Shown here piece after piece: positions 53,545 to 62,313 of a stretch of 64,000 nt of DNA. The translations under genes and the position numbers were made by a program. Under the pieces are notes generated by a model. It searched no databases. It was not told the DNA's origin and saw only the letters and a program-made list of their open reading frames with translations. The DNA lies in the NCBI GenBank assembly GCA_964553015.1, contig CAZKJE010000002.1:14175-78174 (forward strand), read 5' to 3'. The stretch comes from an uncultured Candidatus Saccharibacteria bacterium (GTDB lineage Bacteria > Patescibacteriota > Minisyncoccia > Phycocordibacterales > UBA9973). Position 1 is the stretch's first letter; every line of letters starts with the position of its first letter.

Positions 53545-55965
53545 ATGAATCTCCGGCAAAACTTGTCGATTTTATTTATTCTAGCTATTTTTTCGTTTCT
53601 AGTATTTTTAGGCAGTTTCCCTTCTCTGGTTTTTGCCACTGTGTATACAGGATCTACGGGTATTGTGTACTCAGATTTTGATGAGGTTGGGTTAGGGCCT
53701 CATGGCTTTAAGGATGTAATTGCGGAATGTCCTCCCGGCATTGGGGCAGTAAACTCTTTGAAAGATAATATTACTCTCGGCAGTGCTGCTTCCTGCAGCA
53801 ATTCGTATTTTTGGTTACAAAATAACATGGCCGTGAATGGTAACAATAACGACGAGCAGATTGCGGACGGGCATTACTGTATTTATGTAAATGGTGGAAA
53901 CCAGAGTGAATGTACGCATGGAGAATTTGATATAGTAAACGGTCTTCTTGTAGGTTCGCCTTGCTTAGAAAATTGTTTCTCAAATGTGCTTTTCTTGCCG
54001 GGGCTTGAATCAAGCCGTTTGTATACCCAAAGAACTGATGGCAGCGAAGACCAGCTCTGGGAGCCAAATGGCAATAGCGATGTTGAAGACATATATTTAA
54101 ATACAGACGGCACAAGCAAAAATCCTGATATTTACACACGAGATATTATTAAAGAAACAAATACGCCATTTCCATCAGGCTCTGCCGGCCAAAATATTTA
54201 TAAAAGCTTTTCCGACACTATGAATCAGCTTGTCGATGATTTTAAAATTGCGGACTGGCAACCTTACGCCTATGACTGGCGGCAAGATGTAAATGATATT
54301 GTGAATAACGGAACAAAATATCAGGATGGCAGTAAATCTCTCATTGAAACCCTGCAGTCGCTTGTCGATTCGTCAAAAAATGGAAAGGTGACAATAGTAG
54401 CTCACAGCAACGGCGGACTTTTAGCGAAAGCTCTGCTCAAAAAATTACAGAATGATAAAGCTGCCGGAATTAATAATTTAATTGATAGTGTAGATGTGTT
54501 GATTTTAGTCGCTGTTCCGGAAATAGGGACGGCAAAATCAGTGTCAGCAATACTGCATGGATACGATCAGCAAATATTGGGAGGTCTGCTCATGAATGAA
54601 ACTCATGTGCGCGAACTCGGCAGAAATATGAACGGAGCTTACGGACTTTTGCCAAGCCGGGAATATATAAATAGAGTGAGTGCGTCGCCGGCGACTTTCG
54701 TGGATACAGCGCTTCCTTCAAATGTCACAACTTCATTTGTGCAAAAATATGGGAATGTAATAGATTCGTATGCTGAATACAAAGATTTTCTCTTTGGCGC
54801 AGAAGGCAGGACAGATCCAGCGATAAGCCAAACAAATTTACCGATTAATTTATCTCAAAATTTATTTTCAAAAGCTGAAAATTTGCACGACAGCATAGAC
54901 AACTTTACTCCACCCACAAGCTTGCGAGTGATAGAAGTAGCCGGTTGGGGCTTGGACACGGTGGCGAGTTTTGAATACTATCCGAAAAAACAACAATGCG
55001 GGCAATTGATTTGTCCTTTCACTTTAGACGAAAGACCTCGTTTTACGTCGGATGGAGATAAAACTGTTGTGGTGCCGAGTGCACATTATATGAGCCTTGG
55101 CGGGGCGGAGAAATATTGGGTAAATCTTCCATTTTATAATGATGGATTAACGAAAAATAGAGAACATAAAGATATATTGGAAGTTGATCCAATTTTGAAT
55201 TTAATATCAAGTACAATTCAGAATTTGTCGTTAGATAATTCACCTTATTTATCTTCCGCGGCACCAACAGATTCTTCAAATCGTTTTCGAATTTCAATTC
55301 ACTCGCCCGTAACCATAGATGCATACGATGAAGAAGGAAATCACACCGGGAAAATTTGTCCTCAAAATTCTGACTTCTGTTATGCAGAAGAAAATATACT
55401 AAATAGCTCATATCTTGAATTCGGAGAAGGGAAGTACATTAATCTGCCAGAAGACCAAATGGCAAAAGTCATACTTCAGGGAACCGATATTGGAACTTTT
55501 ACCTATGAATCTGAAAAAGTTTTACCCGACGAAACATCAACCACTTCTTCCTTTATAGATATTCCAGTGACGACGCAGACACAAGGAGAAATAACGCTTG
55601 ATCAAGATGGTATGCCACAACTGGCATTAGACGTGACAGGAGATGGGGTTATTGATTTCAATATTTTACCAAATACTGCTTTTGACCCTGTTTTATATTT
55701 ACAGATCATGAAAACTACCATTGATTCCCTTGATTTAAACCAAGGCCAGATCAAAGCCTTTGATAATCGGGTTGATATCATAATTAAATCCATACAAGAA
55801 GGAAAATCTGACAACACTAAACTAAAAGCAGAGATATTCAAATCTGCTATTCAAAAGACATTATCTAAACCCGATTTGAAAACTCCAAAACCCAAAAAGT
55901 TATCTAAAACAGACGCACAATTATTGCTTGATATAATGAATAAATTATTAGATAATATTAGTTAA
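53545..55965 (+). CDS. Secreted alpha/beta-hydrolase (lipase/esterase-like) protein
   Basis: Start moved to ATG 53545, giving the signal peptide MNLRQNLSILFILAIFSFLVFLGSFPSLVFA. Nucleophile elbow VAHSNGG (GxSxG-type). Confidence 0.55.
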   Translation: MNLRQNLSILFILAIFSFLVFLGSFPSLVFATVYTGSTGIVYSDFDEVGLGPHGFKDVIAECPPGIGAVNSLKDNITLGSAASCSNSYFWLQNNMAVNGNNNDEQIADGHYCIYVNGGNQSECTHGEFDIVNGLLVGSPCLENCFSNVLFLPGLESSRLYTQRTDGSEDQLWEPNGNSDVEDIYLNTDGTSKNPDIYTRDIIKETNTPFPSGSAGQNIYKSFSDTMNQLVDDFKIADWQPYAYDWRQDVNDIVNNGTKYQDGSKSLIETLQSLVDSSKNGKVTIVAHSNGGLLAKALLKKLQNDKAAGINNLIDSVDVLILVAVPEIGTAKSVSAILHGYDQQILGGLLMNETHVRELGRNMNGAYGLLPSREYINRVSASPATFVDTALPSNVTTSFVQKYGNVIDSYAEYKDFLFGAEGRTDPAISQTNLPINLSQNLFSKAENLHDSIDNFTPPTSLRVIEVAGWGLDTVASFEYYPKKQQCGQLICPFTLDERPRFTSDGDKTVVVPSAHYMSLGGAEKYWVNLPFYNDGLTKNREHKDILEVDPILNLISSTIQNLSLDNSPYLSSAAPTDSSNRFRISIHSPVTIDAYDEEGNHTGKICPQNSDFCYAEENILNSSYLEFGEGKYINLPEDQMAKVILQGTDIGTFTYESEKVLPDETSTTSSFIDIPVTTQTQGEITLDQDGMPQLALDVTGDGVIDFNILPNTAFDPVLYLQIMKTTIDSLDLNQGQIKAFDNRVDIIIKSIQEGKSDNTKLKAEIFKSAIQKTLSKPDLKTPKPKKLSKTDAQLLLDIMNKLLDNIS

Positions 55966-55966
55966 T

Positions 55967-56344
55967 ATGAAGAAAATTATTAGTTTGTCCTTGTTTATAT
56001 TATCCTTAGCAATATTCTTTTGGTTGTCATCTTATACTAATGAATGGCCATTTAATTACCATGTATCAGAATTTGTTAGCTACTTGTTTTATTGGAGTAG
56101 CGTGTTATTTATAGTAAGTCTACTAGCCTTAACTCTTAATCAAAAAAAATATAAAATTTGGCTTTTTGTAACTATTATTTATATTGCAATATCTGTTTTA
56201 ATTGCTTGGGCTACAGGAGATGGAAATGGTGCTATTGTAAGCTTTGACGGAGAATTAACTACATGGTTTTTAATAGGGTTGTATTCTTTAATTTCAATAA
56301 TTTATTTTATTGCTCAATTCTTCAAGGAAAACAAATCCAACTAA
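55967..56344 (+). CDS. Integral membrane protein, hypothetical
   Basis: 125 aa with four hydrophobic helices. Confidence 0.5.
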   Translation: MKKIISLSLFILSLAIFFWLSSYTNEWPFNYHVSEFVSYLFYWSSVLFIVSLLALTLNQKKYKIWLFVTIIYIAISVLIAWATGDGNGAIVSFDGELTTWFLIGLYSLISIIYFIAQFFKENKSN

Positions 56345-56396
56345 TTACGTAGCAAATTACGTAATTAAATAATTACATAGAGCGGCGTTAGTTTTC

Positions 56397-56600
56397 TTAG
56401 TCGTCTCCTACGTGATCGTTATGGTCTATGGGCGTGATATCGTATGGTGATTTTGGTTTTTCGCCGGGTGGCGGTGGTTCGGGAAGAATACCTATTCGTA
56501 GTTCTTCCTGTATCTCTCGGAACGGCTTTCTCTGGGGAGTTGGTTCCCATTCTTCTTGGTGGTTTTTCATGTTTTTATTATAGCACAAAAAGTTATGCAC
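56397..56600 (-). CDS. Small Pro/Glu-rich hypothetical protein
   Basis: ORF of 67 aa (or 57 aa from the internal ATG at 56570). No recognised family. Confidence 0.35.
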   Translation of the reverse strand: MHNFLCYNKNMKNHQEEWEPTPQRKPFREIQEELRIGILPEPPPPGEKPKSPYDITPIDHNDHVGDD

Positions 56601-56644
56601 TTTGGCAAGTACTTGACTTTGTTTATAGGTATATAATTATAGTG

Positions 56645-56920
56645 GAGTCAAATTGCACGCCTGAGTAGTTTGAAAGGAAATCCAAATGAGCTCTGAGTCA
56701 CGGTCACCCAATTTCCCAAGGCAGATGAAGCGGTATTGGTGGATGCGAAGGACACCACCGCCTCCATACCCCGTTCTCCGGCGCTTGCGCCTAGTGTTTC
56801 AGAACCACAACAGCGCAGTGTCACTTTCGGTCAAGGGAGTGATTCAGAGACATCTCGTGCGAGGCTAATCACTCCGCAGACCCGCGGGCACACCCGAGTG
56901 CCCGCTTCGTTTTTTCTTTT
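56645..56920 (+). ncRNA. GC-rich structured RNA or leader of unknown class upstream of ileS
   Basis: A non-coding stretch, visibly GC-richer than its flanks. It contains several strong local helices, for example GGAGTGATT/AATCACTCC and GGTGG/CCACC. It ends in the intrinsic terminator at 56884..56920. Confidence 0.3.
56884..56920 (+). terminator. Intrinsic terminator preceding the ileS promoter
   Basis: GCGGGCAC-ACCCGA-GTGCCCGC followed by TTCGTTTTTTCTTTT. Confidence 0.7.
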
Positions 56921-56947
56921 GATATATGGTATATTTTCTTTACATAT

Positions 56948-59900
56948 ATGCAGAAGCATGAAAACAATAACTCCAAATCAGAAGCAGCTTTGCGCGAAGA
57001 GCGAGTTTTGGAATTTTGGAAAGAAAATAAGATATTTAAAAAGTCGCTGGAGAAAAAATCCCCAAAGGGAGAATTTGTGTTTTATGATGGTCCAGTTACG
57101 GCAAACTCAAAGCCAGTTTTGCATACAATGCTACCTTTTTCTTTCAAAGATGTTATTCCCAGATATAAAACTATGCGCGGATATCATGTACGAAGGAAAG
57201 GCGGTTGGGATACGCATGGGCTTCCGGTAGAACTGCAAATAGAAAAAAAACTTGGGTTCAATTCAAAAGCAGATATTGAAAATTATGGTATTGCAGCTTT
57301 CAATAAATTATGTAAGGACAGTGTTTGGGAGTACGTTGGGGCATGGAAAAGTTTTACCGAACGAATGGGCTACTGGGCAGATCAAGATAATGCATATGTC
57401 ACATATTATAATAATTATATTGAATCTGTTTGGAATATAGTAAAAAAAATAAATGAGCAGAATCTGCTTTATAAAGATTACAAAGTGGTGCCGTGGTGCC
57501 CGAGGTGCGGTACAGCACTGTCTTCGCATGAGCTCGCACAGGGATACGAAGATGTAAAAGATCTGTCAGTGTATGTAAAGTTTAAGATAACTACGCCAGT
57601 GCAGGAAAATTCTGCCGCTTTACCCGCAAGCGGGCTCCGACACGGACAAAATTTTCCCGCATTGGCTCCGCAGTATATCCTCGCCTGGACGACGACGCCG
57701 TGGACCCTGCCCGGGAACGTTGCCTTAGCCGTCGGCGAAAATATTGATTATGTAAAGGTAAAGAGTGGAGAAGAGTTTTATATTCTCGCCAAAGAGAAGC
57801 TTTCAATCATAACCGAACCATATGAGATAGTGGAAGAGGTCAAGGGCGCGGGGCTAGTAGGGCTCGAATACGAGCCGTTGTATCCATATCTTGCAAATAC
57901 GGTTTCGGATACAGAAAAACCAAAATTAGAAAAGGCATACAAGGTGCACAAGGCAAACTTTGTGACCACAGATGACGGCACCGGCGTGGTGCATACGGCT
58001 GTGATGTATGGGCAAGATGACTTTATGCTCGGAACAGAAGTCGGCCTGCCGAAGCACCACCTCGTAGGTCTCGATGGCAAATTTTTAGCAGGCACAGGTA
58101 TTTTTGAAGGACGATTTGTAAAAGATGAAGAAGTCGCCGTAGATATCATTAAAGACTTGGCGCACCGCGGGCTTCTTTTCAAAAAAGAAAAATACGAGCA
58201 CTCGTATCCGCACTGCTGGCGCTGTAAAACTCCGCTCATATATTACGCGCGGGATTCTTGGTATATCCGGATGTCTGATCCTAGAATAAAAGCCGAAATG
58301 ATAAAGGAGAATAAAGAAATAAACTGGGAGCCGGAGCATATTCGCGACGGGCGGTTTGGGCAGTGGCTGGAAGAAATAAAAGACTGGGCAATATCCCGCG
58401 AACGGTACTGGGGCACGCCGCTGCCGGTCTGGGCCTGCGAAGCGTGTAAAAAAATTGAAGTAGTAGGAAGCGTAGAAGATCTAAAAAGTAGAACCAAAAA
58501 GTCTGGCAATAAATATTTTGTGATGCGGCACGGCGAGGCTGTCGATAACGCCAAGCATTTGGGTGATCCGAAAGGCGATCCAAATAATCACCTGACTGAT
58601 AAAGGGAAAAAAGAAATAATTCTTACCGCAGAAGAATTAAAAAATAAAAAAATTGATTTTATCTTTACGTCTTCTTTTCTGCGAACCAAAGAAACAGCAG
58701 AGGTCTTGAGAAAAGAACTAGGTTTGGAGCAAGAAAAAGTAATAGTTGAAGATAGATTGCATGAACACAATGAGGGAGACACTAAGCTCGTTCGCAAAAG
58801 GATGGCCGACTTTATTTATGAAATAGAAAAAAATTACGAAAATAAAAATATCTTAATAATTTCGCACGGAAATCCTATCTGGATCCTGCAGAAAACCGCT
58901 TTGGGCTTGTCTATAAATAATTTTACAGAAGGCGAGATGCTGCATACCGGCGAAGTCAAAGAATTAGATTTTATACCGCTACCGCATAATGAAAATTATG
59001 AGCTTGATCTGCACAAGCCTTATATAGATGAAATAAATCTTGTTTGTTCATGTGGTGGAAAATTAACACGCACGAAAGAAGTCATGGACGTGTGGTTTGA
59101 TTCGGGAGGCATGTCTTTTGCGCAGGATCATTACCCTTTCGATAACGCTTCCGGTAAATCTTTTGACGGCAAAGAACTTTTATATCCGGCGGATTTTATT
59201 TCAGAGGGCATAGATCAGACGCGCGGATGGTTTTACACCTTGCATGCTGTTGGAATTCTCTTGGGGCGGGGCAAGGCTTACAAAAACGTAATCTGCCTTG
59301 GCCATCTTCTCGACGCTAAGGGCAAAAAAATGTCCAAATCTCTCGGCAACGTCGTCGAGCCGTTTCTTGCGATGGATACATATGGCGTGGATACTTTGCG
59401 TTTGTGGATGTATTCCATAAATCAGCCGGGCGAATCCAAGAATTTTGATGAGAAAACAGTAGCGCTTCTTTCTCAGCAGATTTTTGGCTTGCTTTACAAT
59501 GTGCTTGCGTTTTATGAACTTTATCGCGATGTTTCGCTAGAGCCTAGAGCCTATGGCCTAAAGCCCAGCAATATTTTAGATAAATGGATCTTGGCGCGTC
59601 TAGATGAGTTGACAGAGCTTGCAACCAAAAATTTAGATAACTACAAATTGCTGGAGCCAGTGCGGGGCATGAGAGACTTTATCGGCGATCTTTCTACTTG
59701 GTATTTGCGCCGTTCGCGCGACAGGATAAAATCCTCCTCCGCACAAGGCTCCGGTGGAACAAGGGAAGGAGATGAAGCGAAGGAAACTCTGTACTATGTG
59801 CTAAAAACCTTGGCAAAACTCATGGCTCCGCTCGCGCCGTTTGCCGCTGAAGACATCTGGCTTAAGTTAAAAAATGAAGATGATGAAGAAAGCGTGCATT

Positions 59901-60448
59901 TGGCGAGCTGGCCGGAAGTAAAAAAGACATCTTTTATCTCCAAGTTGCTTAAAAATGATCCAAGCAAAAAAATAATTGAAAATATGGAGAGCGTCAGAAG
60001 AGTAGTCACACTCGGACTCGAAGCTCGACAGAAAACCGGAATAAAAGTCCGCCAGCCTCTTAATCAATTACGAATTAAAAATTACGAATTAGGAATTGAG
60101 TATGCAGACTTGATTAGAGAAGAGCTGAATGTCAGAGAAGTTATTTTTGATAATTCTATTGAAGGCGAGGTGTGGCTCGATATAAGAATAAACGAAGAGC
60201 TCAAAGCTGAAGGGGATTACAGGGAGTTTGTCCGCGCGCTGCAGGATATGAGAAAGAAAACCGGACTGACGCCGAGCGACGTGGTCTCTGTTACTTTTGA
60301 AACAAACAAAGCAGGCAAGGAACTTATTAAAAAATTCGAAGCTGAAATGAAAAAAACAGTGCTTGTCTCTACGATAGAATTTTCGGAAAATGAAGGAGAA
60401 AAAATAAAAATCGACAATCTTCACTTCAGGATAAAAATTGATAAATAA
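56948..60448 (+). CDS. ileS: Isoleucine--tRNA ligase with a nested histidine-phosphatase domain
   Basis: 1166 aa. IleRS hallmarks: WDTHGLPVE, editing-domain [10 protein letters not shown] and [13 protein letters not shown], KMSKS. An extra domain of about 163 aa lies at residues 522-684. Confidence 0.9.
   Translation: [1166 protein letters not shown]
58511..58999 (+). other. Histidine-phosphatase (PGAM-like) domain inserted within ileS
   Basis: Ordered motifs [43 protein letters not shown] and LIISHGNPI. Flanked by IleRS CxxC (ACEACKK) and CxC (VCSCGG) segments. Confidence 0.75.
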
Positions 60449-60452
60449 AAAT

Positions 60453-61055
60453 ATGAAGCTCGTTATTTTTGATTTTGATGGGGTGCTGGTTGATACGCTC
60501 ATAATGCATTATGAGATCAGTAAAAAAATCAATAAAAATATGTCTCTTGACATGTTTCGTTCCATTTTTAGTGGGAATATCTACGATTCATTAAAAAATA
60601 ATCCTGCCATAAAACAACATCCTCAGTTTTTCGAGCAATATGAAGACAAATCACGAGAGCTCAAAGTGCCTCAATCGTTGAAGGGTTTGATAGGTAAATT
60701 AAGCAAAGAACATACCCTTGCGATTGTTTCATCAACTCCATCTGCGCTCATTAGAAAAATTCTAAAACAAGAAGCTGTTTTAAATTATTTTTCTGATGTA
60801 CTTGGGGCAGATGTTAATACAAGTAAAGTTATTAAAATAAGAATGCTTTTGGGAAAATATAAAATTAAACAAGAAGATGCAGTTTTTATTACAGATACCA
60901 CAGGGGACATTTTTGAGGCCCTAGAATGCGGAGTAAAAGCCATAGCTGTCACATGGGGTTTTCACGAAGAAAAAACATTAGAAAAATCAAATCCAGCGAA
61001 AATTGTTAGGAGCCCCGAAGAATTATTTGAAGCTGTGAAGCAAATTTTGTGTTAA
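60453..61055 (+). CDS. HAD-superfamily hydrolase
   Basis: Start moved to ATG 60453. Motif I is IFDFDGVLVDT. Motifs II (SST) and IV (TDTTGD) are also present. Confidence 0.8.
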   Translation: MKLVIFDFDGVLVDTLIMHYEISKKINKNMSLDMFRSIFSGNIYDSLKNNPAIKQHPQFFEQYEDKSRELKVPQSLKGLIGKLSKEHTLAIVSSTPSALIRKILKQEAVLNYFSDVLGADVNTSKVIKIRMLLGKYKIKQEDAVFITDTTGDIFEALECGVKAIAVTWGFHEEKTLEKSNPAKIVRSPEELFEAVKQILC

Positions 61056-61064
61056 AATAGAAGG

Positions 61065-61703
61065 ATGAAGATAACAAAGCTGGGGCACTCTTGTTTTATC
61101 GCAGAGCCAAAACAGGGAGTGCGAGTGATGACAGATCCTGGGGCATTTTCGCCTTTGGCAACAGAAATAAAAAATATTTCTGCAATTTTAATTACCCATG
61201 AACATTCGGATCATCTGCATATTGAAACCTTAAAAAAAGTTTTAGATAACAATCCTGATGCAGTCGTTATAACAAATACTGAAGTAGGCAAACACCTTGA
61301 AGAAGCCGGAATCAAGTATATAAAAATTGAAAACGGTCAAAAATATGATTTAAACGGAGTAATTATCGTCGGTTTTGGAAATACTCATGCCGAAATTTAT
61401 CCAACAATTGGTCCGTTTCAAAATACTGGATATATAATTGAGGGCCTCTGTTATCCGGGAGACGCCCTAGAGAACCCTGATTCAAAAGTAAACATAATAG
61501 CTCTTCCTATTATTGGACCATGGATGAGACTAAGAGACGCGATTGATTACGCAAAAGCATTAAAACCAAAAGCCGTATTTCCAATTCATGATGCAATACT
61601 GCAGAACTGGGCGACTTTCGTGTCGGCTACTTCAGAGAAATTACTAAAAGAAGCTGGTATAGAATTTAAAAAATTGGAACTAGGTAAGGAAGAAGACCTG
61701 TAA
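61065..61703 (+). CDS. MBL-fold metallo-hydrolase
   Basis: 212 aa. THEHSDH metal-binding motif. Confidence 0.8.
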   Translation: MKITKLGHSCFIAEPKQGVRVMTDPGAFSPLATEIKNISAILITHEHSDHLHIETLKKVLDNNPDAVVITNTEVGKHLEEAGIKYIKIENGQKYDLNGVIIVGFGNTHAEIYPTIGPFQNTGYIIEGLCYPGDALENPDSKVNIIALPIIGPWMRLRDAIDYAKALKPKAVFPIHDAILQNWATFVSATSEKLLKEAGIEFKKLELGKEEDL

Positions 61704-61712
61704 AAATCAGAA

Positions 61713-62294
61713 ATGCACCACATTTATCATACTGAAGGCATAATATTGGGCAGTAGAGGCTACGGCGAAACGGGGAAGTACTATTCTATTTTTACTAAAG
61801 ATTTAGGCATGATATACGCGTGCGCACAAGGCGTGCGCAAGATGTCTTCCAAGCTGCGTTTTATTCTGCAGGATTTTGCTTATCTAAAAATTGATCTGGT
61901 GCAGGGGAAGGATTTTTGGCGGGTGACCAGCGCTTCTAAAACTAATATACTTGAAAATGTTTCTAAAAATTCTTCAACCCTAAAGGTATTTTTCAACATC
62001 GCAAGCCTGCTCAAAAGACTGCTCGCCGGCGTAGAGCCAAATCCCGCTTTATTTTCTGATTTAATCAATGGTCTTGCAGTGTTGGAAAAAATAGAAAAGG
62101 AAGCGGACTTGCGAAATGTTGAAGCAGTCATGGTCTTGCGAATTCTTAACAACTTGGGGTATATAGGCGGAGATAAAATTCTGGAAAATCTTATCACGTC
62201 TCCTTTTGAGCAAGAGCTTATATATGAAGCCTCAAAGCAGAGGCGCGATGTTCTCAAAGAAATCAATAAAGCGTTAAAAGAAACGCATTTGTAA
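61713..62294 (+). CDS. recO: DNA repair protein RecO
   Basis: 193 aa. N-terminal OB-fold pattern (EGIILGSRGYGETGKYYSIFTKDLGMIYACAQGVRK) typical of RecO. Confidence 0.75.
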   Translation: MHHIYHTEGIILGSRGYGETGKYYSIFTKDLGMIYACAQGVRKMSSKLRFILQDFAYLKIDLVQGKDFWRVTSASKTNILENVSKNSSTLKVFFNIASLLKRLLAGVEPNPALFSDLINGLAVLEKIEKEADLRNVEAVMVLRILNNLGYIGGDKILENLITSPFEQELIYEASKQRRDVLKEINKALKETHL

Positions 62295-62298
62295 AATA

Positions 62299-62307
62299 TG
62301 CTATAAT
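62299..62307 (+). promoter_or_regulatory. Extended -10 (TGcTATAAT) 6 nt upstream of the ATG at 62314
   Basis: The hexamer ends at 62307 and the ATG is at 62314. No SD is present. Confidence 0.5.
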
Positions 62308-62313
62308 TGCTGA

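Noticed and set aside
56716-56728. 13-nt identity (CCAAGGCAGATGA) to E. coli 4.5S/SRP RNA as recalled from memory, raising the idea that 56645..56920 is SRP RNA.
   Set aside because: The helix-8 core (GGAA tetraloop, AGCAGC strand) is absent and the flanks cannot form the SRP hairpin. A 13-mer match is not decisive at this search-space size.
56648-56767. 39-aa minus-strand ORF (MEAVVSFASTNTASSALGNWVTVTQSSFGFPFKLLRRAI) with a GGAG 9 nt upstream, antisense to the structured segment. A type I toxin-antitoxin-like arrangement was considered.
   Set aside because: The peptide is not clearly a membrane toxin and no promoter was identified. There is no support beyond an open frame in GC-rich DNA.
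56650-56770. Canonical T-box riboswitch call for the ileS leader.
   Set aside because: Only fragments were found (AGTA, GAA-ATC, TTGGTGG). The T-box-like sequence is about 150 nt from the terminator, and no standard antiterminator/terminator alternation can be drawn. It is kept only as an open hypothesis in the findings.
59735-59785. Second GC-rich patch in ileS ([18 protein letters not shown]), and the patch at 57600..57680 ([23 protein letters not shown]), as further palindromic-element insertions.
   Set aside because: Both look like insertions at the protein level, but the DNA shows only weak or short inverted repeats. The evidence is insufficient to assign them to the family without alignment.
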